A model generated the notes under the pieces. It was not told the DNA's origin. It did not search any database and worked only from the letters and a program-made list of their open reading frames with translations. From Acholeplasma sp. CAG:878 (GTDB lineage Bacteria > Bacillota_I > Bacilli_A > RF39 > UBA660), in assembly GCA_000432255.1 (NCBI GenBank), contig HF989913.1:76755-140754 (forward strand): a DNA stretch of 64,000 nucleotides. The letters are read 5' to 3'. Position numbers and translations under genes: made by a program. Shown here piece by piece: positions 30,936-40,317 of the stretch. Numbering within the stretch: the first letter of the stretch is position 1; each line of letters starts with the position of its first letter.

Positions 30936-31640
30936 GTGATTAATTTGGATTTAATAAGGTTTAAAAACGTAAAAAAAACATACAAAAACGGCGTTACGGC
31001 AATTCAAGATTTAACTTTAAACATAAAAAAAGGTGAATTTGTTTTTGTAATTGGTTCGACTGGTTGTGGGAAATCAACATTAATAAAAATGCTTTATCGA
31101 GAAGAAAAACCCACTAGCGGAACTATAAATGTAAGTAATATTGAAGTAAGTAAATTAAAAAATAGAAATGTATACAAAATAAGAAGAAAAATCGGAGTTG
31201 TATTTCAAGATTTTAAATTATTACCAAAGTCTACTGTATATGAAAATGTTGCTTTTGCATTAGAAATATTTGGAGCAACTAATAGTGAAGTTCACAATAA
31301 AGTTTTAAAAGCACTAGAATTAGTTGGATTAAAACATAAAGCCAAAAATTATCCTAATGAATTATCAGGCGGTGAGCAACAAAGAGTTGCAATTGCAAGA
31401 GCAATCGTTAATGGCCCAAAATTATTAATTTGTGATGAACCGACTGGAAACTTGGATCCAGTTACTAGTATGGAAATAATGAAGGTATTAAATGAAATTA
31501 ATAAATTAGGAACAACGATTATTATGGTTACTCATGATACGGAAATAGTAAATAAAATGAAAAAACGAGTAATTTTGTTAGATGCTGGAAGAATTGTTAA
31601 AGATTATGCAGAAGGGGAGTATAGATATGAGGGCATTTAG
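30936..31640 (+). CDS. ftsE: Cell-division ABC ATPase FtsE
   Basis: Walker A GSTGCGKST; signature LSGGEQQR; Walker B LLICDEPTGNLD; GTG 30936 (or TTG 30945) start. Confidence 0.9.
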   Translation: MINLDLIRFKNVKKTYKNGVTAIQDLTLNIKKGEFVFVIGSTGCGKSTLIKMLYREEKPTSGTINVSNIEVSKLKNRNVYKIRRKIGVVFQDFKLLPKSTVYENVAFALEIFGATNSEVHNKVLKALELVGLKHKAKNYPNELSGGEQQRVAIARAIVNGPKLLICDEPTGNLDPVTSMEIMKVLNEINKLGTTIIMVTHDTEIVNKMKKRVILLDAGRIVKDYAEGEYRYEGI

Positions 31641-32532
31641 AATTTTAGGTAGAAATATTAGAGATTCATTTAAAAGTGTTTTTAGAAACTTCTCATTATC
31701 TCTTGCATCTATTTCTTGTATAACTATAACTCTAGTTTTAGTAGCAGTTGCAGTTGTTTTATCTTATAATATAAATAATTTTACAAAAGAAGTTGAAAGA
31801 ACACTAACTATTGTTGTTTTCTTGGATAGAGATACAACTTTAAAACAAGCTGATGAAATTGAAACTAAAATTAATCAATTAGACAATGTTGAAAGTGTTA
31901 TATTTAACGATAAAATGAATATAGCAGAAGATTTGATGGAAAGTAGCGAAGATTACAAGCTGGTTTTAAGTAAATATGATTCAAGAGATACAATGCCTTT
32001 ATCGGATACCTTCCATGTTAAAGCTACAAGTATTGAAAAAATGGATGAACTTGCAAAACAAATTGAAGAAATTGATAAAGTAATGAGTGTTAAGTATGGG
32101 GAGGGAACAATTGACCAATTGATTTCTACATTTAAAATAATTAAAAATATAAGTGTAGTAACAGTAGCTGGTTTAATTTTAGTAACTGCATTCTTAATTT
32201 CTAATACAATTAAAATAACTATTTTTTCACGTAAAAGAGAAATTGAAATTATGCGTTTAGTCGGTGCTTCTAACGTTAATATAAAATTGCCATTTATTTT
32301 TGAAGGACTATTTTTAGGGTTAATCGGTTCTGTTATACCGGTTTTAGTAACAACTTATGGTTATGTTGCTTTATATAAGAACTTTAATGGTCAAGCCTTT
32401 AACTCACCATTTATAAAATTAATCATCCCTGAACCATTTATCTATTATGTATCATTTATTTTAATCGGTATTGGTGTTTTTGTAGGTATGATAGGTTCGG
32501 CAAGAGCAGTTAGAAAATATTTAAAAATTTAA
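31627..32532 (+). CDS. ftsX: Cell-division permease-like protein FtsX
   Basis: Four-TM FtsX topology with a large extracellular loop; ATG 31627 behind RBS GGGGAG; overlaps ftsE. Confidence 0.85.
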   Translation: MRAFRILGRNIRDSFKSVFRNFSLSLASISCITITLVLVAVAVVLSYNINNFTKEVERTLTIVVFLDRDTTLKQADEIETKINQLDNVESVIFNDKMNIAEDLMESSEDYKLVLSKYDSRDTMPLSDTFHVKATSIEKMDELAKQIEEIDKVMSVKYGEGTIDQLISTFKIIKNISVVTVAGLILVTAFLISNTIKITIFSRKREIEIMRLVGASNVNIKLPFIFEGLFLGLIGSVIPVLVTTYGYVALYKNFNGQAFNSPFIKLIIPEPFIYYVSFILIGIGVFVGMIGSARAVRKYLKI

Positions 32533-32601
32533 TTATGACAAGACTAGCAATAGTCTTTTTTCTTTGATATAATATTTTTGAGTTGGCTAAAAGGAGGTAA
32601 T

Positions 32602-34575
32602 ATGGATTTAGAAAATGTTTATGGTATTGGCACTAAAACAATGTCATTGCTCAATAAATTGGGTATTAATAATATATCTGATTTGGTTAATTATTGTCCT
32701 TTTAGATATGATATTTTATCAAGAAGTAATCTTAATGAATTAAAAGATGGTGATAAAATAATAATTGATGGTTTAGTTGAAGTGAATCCTAGGGTTATTT
32801 ATTTAAAAAGAAAAATGGATAAAATGTCATTTGTTATTAATACAGGTAGTAAATTGCTGAACGTTTCAATTTTTAACCGTGGATTTTTAAAGCCTAGGCT
32901 TGGTGTAGGAACTAAATTAACTATAATTGGCAAATATTCGATAAAACAAAATTTAATTGTAGCTAGTGATATAAGATTTGGGCTACTTGGTAACAATGTT
33001 AAAATAGAACCTGTTTATCACGTTACTAGTGGAATTAATAGTAATATGATAAATAGTTTAATTTTAAAATGTATTGATAATTACGAATGTGTTGATTATA
33101 TTCCAAATTATTTAAAAGAGAAATACGATTTTTTATCAAAGAAACAATCTTTAAGAGAGATACATGAACCTTTAGATGAGACATTACTAAAAAGGAGTAT
33201 TATGCGCTTTAAATATGAAGAATTGTTTACTTTTATGCTTAAGGTGGCTATGCTCAAAGAGTTAAAAAAACAAGATGGTTTGAAAAGAGATGTTTCTTTT
33301 GACGAAATTTCTAAAATCATTTCTACTTTACCTTATAAGCTAACTATTGACCAATTGAAAGCGATTGATGATATTTATAATGATTTAATTTCTAATAAAA
33401 GAATGAATAGACTTTTACAAGGTGATGTTGGAAGTGGAAAAACGATTGTTTCATTTATTGCTTTATACATTAATTATTTGAGTGGCTATCAAGGAGCTTT
33501 AATGGCACCAACTGAAATATTAGCTTACCAACATTATTTGAATATGAAAAAATTATTTCCTGATTTAAGAATCGAATTATTGACTGGTAAATTAAAAGTT
33601 TCTGCTAAAAAAGATATTTATAAAAGATTAATTAATAATGAAATCGATGTTTTGATTGGTACTCATGCTTTAATAAGTAATGATGTTACTTATAATAATT
33701 TAGGATTAGTTATAACTGATGAACAACACAGATTTGGTGTTAATCAAAGAAGTAACCTAAAAAATAAGGGAATTATGCCTGATGTTTTATATATGAGTGC
33801 AACACCAATTCCAAGAACTTATGCTATAACATTATTCGGTGATATGGATATTTCTAGCATTAAAACAAAACCGAATGGTAGAAAGGAAATTAAAACTTAT
33901 TTGAAAAGTGAATCAGAAATCAAAGATGTTTTAACTTTAATGTATAATGAACTTAAAAGTGGGCATCAGGTTTATGTTATTGCTCCTTTAATTGAAGAAA
34001 GCGATAAATCGGAACTTAAAAATGTTAATGAACTTAAAGTTAAAATGGATAAAGCTTTTGGTAAATTATATAATATTGATATTATGCATGGTAAACTTTC
34101 TAACAAAGCTAAAGAAGAAGTAATGGAAAAATTTAAGAATAATGATATTCAAATACTTATAAGTACTACTGTAATAGAGGTAGGTGTTGATGTTGCTAAT
34201 GCTACTGTGATGGTTGTTTTTGATAGTTATAGATTTGGATTATCAGCCCTTCATCAGTTAAGAGGTAGAGTCGGAAGAAGTGATTTACAGTCTTATTTTA
34301 TTTTGGTAAGTAACTATGAAGCTGAAAGACTTAAGGTGTTAGTCGATACAAATGATGGTTTTAAAGTAAGTGAAGCTGACTTTAAAATGCGTGGTGGGGG
34401 AGACTTATTTGGTATAAGACAAAGTGGAGATATGAGTTTTAAATTTGCTGATTTGAAGAAAGATTATAAGATGTTATTGACTGCTAAAGAAGATAGTGAA
34501 GAATTTTTGAAGTGTTATAAGGATGATTATGAGTACATTTGTGCTCATGTAAAATTAGTTGACACTTTAGATTGA
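32602..34575 (+). CDS. recG: ATP-dependent DNA helicase RecG
   Basis: SF2 helicase motifs GDVGSGKT, DEQHRFG, SATPIPRT; N-terminal wedge domain; ATG 32602 behind RBS AAGGAGG. Confidence 0.9.
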   Translation: MDLENVYGIGTKTMSLLNKLGINNISDLVNYCPFRYDILSRSNLNELKDGDKIIIDGLVEVNPRVIYLKRKMDKMSFVINTGSKLLNVSIFNRGFLKPRLGVGTKLTIIGKYSIKQNLIVASDIRFGLLGNNVKIEPVYHVTSGINSNMINSLILKCIDNYECVDYIPNYLKEKYDFLSKKQSLREIHEPLDETLLKRSIMRFKYEELFTFMLKVAMLKELKKQDGLKRDVSFDEISKIISTLPYKLTIDQLKAIDDIYNDLISNKRMNRLLQGDVGSGKTIVSFIALYINYLSGYQGALMAPTEILAYQHYLNMKKLFPDLRIELLTGKLKVSAKKDIYKRLINNEIDVLIGTHALISNDVTYNNLGLVITDEQHRFGVNQRSNLKNKGIMPDVLYMSATPIPRTYAITLFGDMDISSIKTKPNGRKEIKTYLKSESEIKDVLTLMYNELKSGHQVYVIAPLIEESDKSELKNVNELKVKMDKAFGKLYNIDIMHGKLSNKAKEEVMEKFKNNDIQILISTTVIEVGVDVANATVMVVFDSYRFGLSALHQLRGRVGRSDLQSYFILVSNYEAERLKVLVDTNDGFKVSEADFKMRGGGDLFGIRQSGDMSFKFADLKKDYKMLLTAKEDSEEFLKCYKDDYEYICAHVKLVDTLD

Positions 34576-34616
34576 TTGGTATTGACTTTTTATAAAAATT
34601 TTTTTATAATTAGGTA

Positions 34617-34723
34617 GCATGATAGTACTAGAAAGTATCATCATGCTAGTCTCTTATATCTATAAAGAGGCTAAACCAAAACCCCCTGAAGACGGAACGA
34701 ATCAATGTTCCGTCATTTTTTTG
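34617..34723 (+). other. Structured ~110-nt element ending in an intrinsic terminator, at the recG/integrase junction
   Basis: Three consecutive stem-loops: TAGCATGA...TCATGCTA, CTCTT-atatctata-AAGAG, and GACGGAAC-gaatcaat-GTTCCGTC, then T7. Confidence 0.5.
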
Positions 34724-34815
34724 CCTTTATTTTCAAGGTTTTTCATAATTTATAATATTTCAAAACTGCTTTTACATTTACTTTTACATTTCCCACTAGG
34801 AAATGTAAGACTTTT

Positions 34816-35921
34816 TTAATCTAATTTATTCATCGTTTGAACTATCTCATCCATCTTATTTTTAAACAGGTGAGAGTAGGTATTTAATGTTTCATCAATT
34901 TTCGCATGACCTAGATATTTGACAACAATCATAATACTTGCACCATTATTAATTAAAACTGAAGCACAAGAGTGTCTAAAGTCGTGAATTCTAATTCTTT
35001 TAACACCAGACAAGTCACAAAATTTATTTTTAGTATGTCTAAGTATTCCATCACCAAGTGGTTCTTTATCTTCAAAGACAAACCATTTTTGATTAAATCC
35101 ATATTGTTTCTTTTCCCTTAAATATAATTCATGTAAATCATTCATAACTCTTTCTGGAACTGGCAATGTTCTTGTACTGGTTCTAGTTTTAGGTGTCGTA
35201 ATGATATATTCGCCAGTTGAGCCTTCCTGAGCAACATTCTTAACTACGGATAGTTCTTTATTAAAGAAATCAATATTATCCCAAGAAAGACCCTTAATTC
35301 GCCTCTGCGAAGGCCACAAAAGAATAATACTTCAAATAATGCTTTCCATTTAATATCATCTATTACTGATATAAATTGTTTAAATTCTTCCCAAGTATAG
35401 AATTGCATTTCTTTTGGTGGCTTATTTGGATCGTTAAACTTTTCCATTTTGTTATAAATAGAAGTAAAGTTAAAATCATGCCATTTAGTTCCATAATTAA
35501 GAATAGTCTTTAATAACTTATAATATCCATTCTTAGTTTTATCAGCTAAATCTAGAGCACCAACTCTTTTTCTCCAAGCAATATAGTGTTCTAATCGAAT
35601 ATCCTTAATCTTTAACTCGTAGAATTCACTTAACTCTCTAATATTTACTCTATAAGATCTTAAAGTCGTTCTTTTAACTTTATCTTTCTTATATTCATAA
35701 AACTCTTCAAATAATTGCTTAAATGTCATACCAGTAACATTTATTTCCTTAGTTTCATAACCAACTATGAAATCTCTTTCAGCTTTTAATGCCTCATTCC
35801 TAGTCATATAACTTTTTGACATATAAGGTTTTGTTCTTCCATCAACCTTAATCTTATCGTAAAAATACCATCTTCTACCATCTTTGGTAGCTTTTTCTTT
35901 TGGTAACTGTCGTACAGCCAT
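34816..35921 (-). pseudogene. int: Tyrosine recombinase (phage-type integrase) disrupted by a 1-nt frameshift
   Basis: Two overlapping minus-strand ORFs (35244-35921 N-part with SAM-like domain; 34816-35319 C-part with catalytic HDFRHS...LGH...Y). The frames join inside the conserved GLRRGEL|KGLSWDNID box and would be restored by one extra A at ~35297-35300. Confidence 0.75.
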
Positions 35922-36026
35922 TTATATACCTCCTTATTGTGCTATACTTCGAATTACCTCTTATACAACTCTAATATAGCACATAAAATAAAAAAAGTCA
36001 GGACTACCTGACTAAATATATTTGTT

Positions 36027-36722
36027 TTATGAATTACTATTATCAAATAATTGATTCATATAATCTATATGAGTTTTAATGTCACTTTCAGAAATTTTTA
36101 AAGGACCTGATGTGATATCTCCAACTAATAGTAGCATATCTTTTTTATCAATTATAGTGAAAAAATAAATTCTTCTAAATGGAGAGTCATTTATAACTTT
36201 TCTTAATCTTTCGGATTTTTCTAAATATACTAAATGTTTAATACTTTTAAAAGCTAAAAAATTTTCTCTATCATTAATAAATAATTCAAAGTATTTTAAC
36301 TCTTTGTTATAGTATTTTGATTTATAATTCTTTTCTTTAATTGTTTTAATTAAAGTTTCTATATAATCATCGTATTTTTTAAACGATTCACCAATTGTAT
36401 CCCCAATATAATGCCAATTATTGTCTAATTCGATATATAACTGATGTTTATTTAATATTCCTTGGGCTTTTCTCGGAATTCCATTTTTTAACATATCTTC
36501 CACACAATTAGGTATTTCCTTTAATCTAGCACTAAATTGGTCATAATACATATTTGTTATTTCAACGCCAAATAATTCATTATTGCCTAAATCTTTCATA
36601 ATAAAGTCCGGCCTTTCCGATGTATCATCTATTAGTGCATATTGTTTTTTATTTTTATCATTATATATATTTTTAAGAATAGTTTTTTCTTTTTCTTTTT
36701 TCTCATCCATAAGTATCACCAA
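36027..36722 (-). CDS. Hypothetical protein (231 aa) of the element
   Basis: Coding-like composition; no motif recognised. Confidence 0.5.
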   Translation of the reverse strand: MVILMDEKKEKEKTILKNIYNDKNKKQYALIDDTSERPDFIMKDLGNNELFGVEITNMYYDQFSARLKEIPNCVEDMLKNGIPRKAQGILNKHQLYIELDNNWHYIGDTIGESFKKYDDYIETLIKTIKEKNYKSKYYNKELKYFELFINDRENFLAFKSIKHLVYLEKSERLRKVINDSPFRRIYFFTIIDKKDMLLLVGDITSGPLKISESDIKTHIDYMNQLFDNSNS

Positions 36723-36756
36723 TAATATTATACAGCATTTCTTAATTACGACATAT

Positions 36757-36993
36757 TTATTTGCTTAAACTAATTATTTTTTCTAATCTGTCAATATCTA
36801 TTTTTAAAACATCAACAACAGCTTGCATCGGTAAGTCATTTCCAGGAATAAAATATCCTTCATTTATTAACTTATCTTTTATTTGCTTTTTAACCTCTAA
36901 TGCTTTATTTCTACCGCAACCTAGTAATTTCATTAAATCTGTTAAATTACACCATTGTTTAGTTATTATTTTCATTGTTTCTTCAGCACTCAT
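36757..36993 (-). CDS. Small HTH protein, possibly excisionase-like (78 aa)
   Basis: Short basic protein with an HTH-like segment (ITKQWCNLTDLMKLLGCGRNKALEVKK); assignment tentative. Confidence 0.45.
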   Translation of the reverse strand: MSAEETMKIITKQWCNLTDLMKLLGCGRNKALEVKKQIKDKLINEGYFIPGNDLPMQAVVDVLKIDIDRLEKIISLSK

Positions 36994-37007
36994 AATTAAA
37001 ACCTCCC

Positions 37008-37262
37008 TTATTTAAAACTATTTATTATTTCTTCTAATTCCTTCTGAATTTTTATATCTTCTTCAGTTAATGGCTCATCACCAGTTGGAATCTTCTGTCC
37101 ATTCCAATATTCATCCCCATAGAGTGGTGGTTCTTTGTTAACTACAATTTCATTAATGTTTAAAACATGAATGTAGTTTTGTCTATGACCTTTTTTATCA
37201 ACATTAGCTCTAATACTTGTTATATAACCATGATATTTTATATAGTCTACTAAATCTTTCAT
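37008..37262 (-). CDS. Hypothetical protein (84 aa)
   Basis: ORF in an operon-like array with neighbours. Confidence 0.4.
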   Translation of the reverse strand: MKDLVDYIKYHGYITSIRANVDKKGHRQNYIHVLNINEIVVNKEPPLYGDEYWNGQKIPTGDEPLTEEDIKIQKELEEIINSFK

Positions 37263-37375
37263 TCCGAAACCTCCTTTACCTTTTACTAAGGCCTTTGTAT
37301 AACTATTATATTTATATATTATCCTTATCTATTATGTTAGTATATTATATCTATATTGTAAGAAATAATATTCTA

Positions 37376-37645
37376 TTATGTTAGAAATTTATTTCTAATA
37401 AATATTTTTCTTCTAAAACTTTTAGGATTTTCAATTGTTATATATCCTTTATCTATTAATGATCTAATTAAAGCTGATATAGTCCTAGTAGAACATTTTA
37501 ATTTATCAGCATAATATTTATTAGATCCAAAAGCATATCCTTTTTGATTTGAATTAGAGAGTAGTAGAGTAAAAAATACAATAGCACTTTTACTAAAATT
37601 ATCATCTAATAAATCATAATATAGTTTTCCATGATTCTTGCTCAT
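37376..37645 (-). CDS. Winged-helix DNA-binding protein, replication-initiator/organiser-like (start set at MSKNHG)
   Basis: wHTH-like YYADKLKCSTRTISALIRSLIDKGYITI; shorter start reduces the overlap with the upstream gene. Confidence 0.45.
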   Translation of the reverse strand: MSKNHGKLYYDLLDDNFSKSAIVFFTLLLSNSNQKGYAFGSNKYYADKLKCSTRTISALIRSLIDKGYITIENPKSFRRKIFIRNKFLT

Positions 37646-37847
37646 CCTTAATCTTTTTCCTTTCTCTTTGTATTGCTTTATCTTTAACCATATCTTTAAA
37701 TGCTTCAGCAGATTCATTCATATATTCAGCCATAGCAACTTCTAAACAATATACTATAAAATCATTTATACTTATTCCTCTAGCATTTGCTTCAACTTTA
37801 GCTAAGTCAAATATATCTTTTCTTAGTCTTAAAACAAATTTATGCAT
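37614..37847 (-). CDS. Ribbon-helix-helix (CopG/Arc-like) DNA-binding protein
   Basis: N-terminal beta-strand plus two helices (FVLRLRKDIFDLAKVEANARGISINDFIVYCLEVAMAEY). Confidence 0.5.
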   Translation of the reverse strand: MHKFVLRLRKDIFDLAKVEANARGISINDFIVYCLEVAMAEYMNESAEAFKDMVKDKAIQRERKKIKDEQESWKTIL

Positions 37848-37861
37848 ATAAATTCACCTCC

Positions 37862-38182
37862 TTAATCATCGTATTTATATTTGCTAAATTTTGATTTAAA
37901 CTTATTCAATGCTTTACTTTCATTTGGATTAGTAACTTTATCCCATTCAAAATCAGAATATATTTGCTCAAGTAGAGCGGTAGAGTAGTATGCTTTTGAA
38001 TATAACTTATCTAGTAATGCATTATTCTTTTCAAATTCTTTTGCCATTTCTTGATTATTAATTCCAGATGACACTAGTTGAACTACAGCTTCTGAAAATG
38101 AAATGTTACATTTTCTTGCATAGTCTAAAATCATGATATCTATATCACTTGGAATAGATATATGTTTTTTAATTTTTGTCAT
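37862..38182 (-). CDS. Ribbon-helix-helix-like DNA-binding protein (106 aa)
   Basis: KHISIPSDIDIMILDYARKCNISFSEAVVQLV resembles an RHH fold. Confidence 0.45.
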   Translation of the reverse strand: MTKIKKHISIPSDIDIMILDYARKCNISFSEAVVQLVSSGINNQEMAKEFEKNNALLDKLYSKAYYSTALLEQIYSDFEWDKVTNPNESKALNKFKSKFSKYKYDD

Positions 38183-38221
38183 AACTTTTAACCTCCTTTC
38201 TTATCCACGATGTGGCTACAT

Positions 38222-38468
38222 TCTGACCACCAAATCATCAATTATTATTAAAATTAATAGAAGAGCATAAGAGATTGATATTAGCACAACAAAAAAGCCT
38301 TATCATATAAGACTTTAGTGTGATATCAAACTTATTTTGCACTTGCAAAATCGAGCCACTAGCGTGGACATTATTTTAATTAATTTCCTTATATTTAAAT
38401 AAATTATAATGGACAAATTAAATCCATAAATCTAGTATTTCATAATAATCAATCCTCCTTTGGTGGTC
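38222..38468. repeat. Perfect 11-bp inverted repeat pair (TGACCACCAAA / TTTGGTGGTCA) bracketing ~225 bp upstream of the RHH operon
   Basis: 38222-38232 and 38458-38468 read directly; each is also flanked by ATTATTA/TAATAAT. Confidence 0.6.
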
Positions 38469-38475
38469 AAACAAA

Positions 38476-38510
38476 AAGAAGATGCAATTCCATCTTCTTC
38501 GATATTTTTT
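38476..38510 (+). terminator. Hairpin plus T-run
   Basis: AAGAAGATG caattc CATCTTCTT ... atatttttt. Confidence 0.45.
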
Positions 38511-38584
38511 CTTATTATACTTAATTTACCATAATTAATAATAAAATAAAAGCCCGTTTACCATGTGAATTTCGTGTTGTTTAG

Positions 38585-39041
38585 GGGGTTGTTTTTGATA
38601 TAAAACCCTTATTTCATCTATATTTATCTCTTATTATACACATTCTATCACATCAAAATTAAAAATGGAAGGCTTTTTTTTGGCTTTTTTCTGTCCTTTT
38701 TGCCGACATTTTTTGTCCTTTTTTTGGCTTTTTTACCGACATTTTGCCGACATTTTTCCGATGCTTTGCCAACATTTTTTCGATATTTTCCATACATTTT
38801 GCTTACATTATAGTTTAACTTCCTATATTACCATTATACAAAAAGCTAACATTCCTTTCAATAGTCCTAATACGTACTTTTTCCGTACCTTTTGCGTACC
38901 TTTTCCGTATTTTTTAAATATCAACATATCTAATTATTCCTATTTTACTATATTTTATCATGTATACAGATATTTACAAGAGGGTTTTGATGTACCCGTT
39001 TAGAGGGTGCATTTTTTGTTTTAAATCCTTATTTTATATGG
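38585..39041. repeat. ~40-bp imperfect direct repeats flanking the iteron block
   Basis: GTTTAGGGGGTTGTTTTTGATATAAAACCCTTATTTCAT (38585-38625) versus GTTTAGAGGGTGCATTTTTTGTTTTAAATCCTTATTTTAT (38999-39040). Confidence 0.55.
38680..38912. repeat. Iteron-like tandem 11-bp phased repeats: ~7 copies of (G/A)CC(G/A)ACATTTT, then 4 copies of CCGTACCTTTT
   Basis: tgccgacatttt / accgacatttt / gccgacattttt / gccaacatttttt / cgatatttt / ccatacatttt ... cgtacttttt / ccgtacctttt / gcgtacctttt / ccgtatttttt. Confidence 0.6.
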
Positions 39042-39101
39042 GTTTATTAAAAAAATGTGAAAATTTTAAAAATTATTTTTTTAAAATTATTGTCAAGAGT
39101 G

Positions 39102-39140
39102 CCGAAAAATCTGGTAAAATTATATTATAAGTACTGTTCA
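39102..39140 (+). promoter_or_regulatory. Candidate promoter of the methylase operon
   Basis: TTGTCA, then 19 nt, then TGgTAAAAT (extended -10). Confidence 0.4.
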
Positions 39141-39197
39141 AAATCATATATTTTATGATATACTGTCTATAGAGGATAGATATAGTGGTGATTAATT

Positions 39198-40316
39198 ATG
39201 AAAAAAATTAGAGTTTTTGAGACATTTTCAGGAATTGGTGCACAAAATAAGGCATTAAAAAATAGCGGACTTGATTATGAAGTAGTAGCAACGAGTGATT
39301 GGTTCATTGATGCAATTTTAGCGTATGATGCTATACATTGCAAAGACGAAAAAATTAGCGTTCCTTCATATGAAAAACAAATAGAGTATTTATCAAAATT
39401 TACATTTAGTGGTGATTCAGTTAAGCCTTATCATAATTTGATGAAAAAAAGTAAAAAGGAAATAAAAAAATTATATATTGCAAATAAACGAACAAAAAAT
39501 CTCGGATCAATAACAGAAATTACTTCAAAGGTTATACCTGACCATGATTTGTTAACATATAGTTTTCCATGCCAAGATTTATCTACTGGTGGAAAGACAC
39601 GAGGAATGAGCAAAGGATCTGGAACTAGATCTGGCTTGCTATGGGAAATTGAAAGAATACTTGGTGAGTTAAATAATGAAGGTAGACTTCCAAAATATTT
39701 ATTGATGGAGAATGTTAAAGCAATCTTAGCGCCATCAAACAAAAGAGATTTTGAGATGTGGAAAAAATTTTTAGAGGATCTTGGCTATAAGAATGAAGTT
39801 ATGGTATTATCAGGAATATATTTTGGAGTGCCACAGGATAGGGCAAGATGCTTTATGGTTAGTATCCTTGGAAATAAAAAACCAAAAATCGAAAAACGTT
39901 TAAAGAAAAATTCATATCCAGCAAGTGACATAAAAAAGTTCTTAAAAACGGATTATACAAATAAGACATATAAAAAAGAAGCTGATGAAGCACAATTACC
40001 TCGAACTAGATCTAGAGAACTAATGTGGAATATTAATAAAAGGGATGTTGAAAATTTAACTTATTTTAACACGATTACATGCAATATGGATAGACAAAAC
40101 AATGCTGGCATGATATTATATGATGGACCAAAAGGAAACTCTTATCGTTTATTGACAGCACGTGAAGCATTTTTACTGATGGGATTTTCTGAAGAAGACT
40201 TTGAGAATGTAAAAAAGCTTGGATTAAGTTATAGAAAAATGATTAAATTAGCTGGTAATTCAATTGTTGTACCGGTTTTAGAAGCAATATTTAAAGTAAT
40301 GTTTGAGGAGAAATAA
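39198..40316 (+). CDS. dcm: DNA (cytosine-5)-methyltransferase
   Basis: Motif I FETFSGIGA (FxGxG); motif IV FPCQDLS (catalytic Cys); motif VI ENV (MENVKAIL); C-terminal GNSIVVPV. Confidence 0.9.
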   Translation: MKKIRVFETFSGIGAQNKALKNSGLDYEVVATSDWFIDAILAYDAIHCKDEKISVPSYEKQIEYLSKFTFSGDSVKPYHNLMKKSKKEIKKLYIANKRTKNLGSITEITSKVIPDHDLLTYSFPCQDLSTGGKTRGMSKGSGTRSGLLWEIERILGELNNEGRLPKYLLMENVKAILAPSNKRDFEMWKKFLEDLGYKNEVMVLSGIYFGVPQDRARCFMVSILGNKKPKIEKRLKKNSYPASDIKKFLKTDYTNKTYKKEADEAQLPRTRSRELMWNINKRDVENLTYFNTITCNMDRQNNAGMILYDGPKGNSYRLLTAREAFLLMGFSEEDFENVKKLGLSYRKMIKLAGNSIVVPVLEAIFKVMFEEK

Positions 40317-40317
40317 G

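Noticed and set aside
34619-34819. 66-aa ORF between recG and the integrase
   Set aside because: It spans the hairpin/terminator structures and has no RBS. It is more plausibly non-coding att/terminator sequence.
36583-37015. Plus-strand ORFs 36583-36768 and 36761-37015 within the element
   Set aside because: They are antisense to the better-supported minus-strand gene array (which has RBSs and HTH/RHH features), with hydrophobic low-complexity translations.
38665-39003. 112-aa plus-strand ORF (MEGFFLAFFCPFCRHF...)
   Set aside because: Its Phe/Cys-rich low-complexity translation is produced by the 11-bp TTTTGCCGACATTTT-type tandem DNA repeats. It is a repeat artefact, not a gene.
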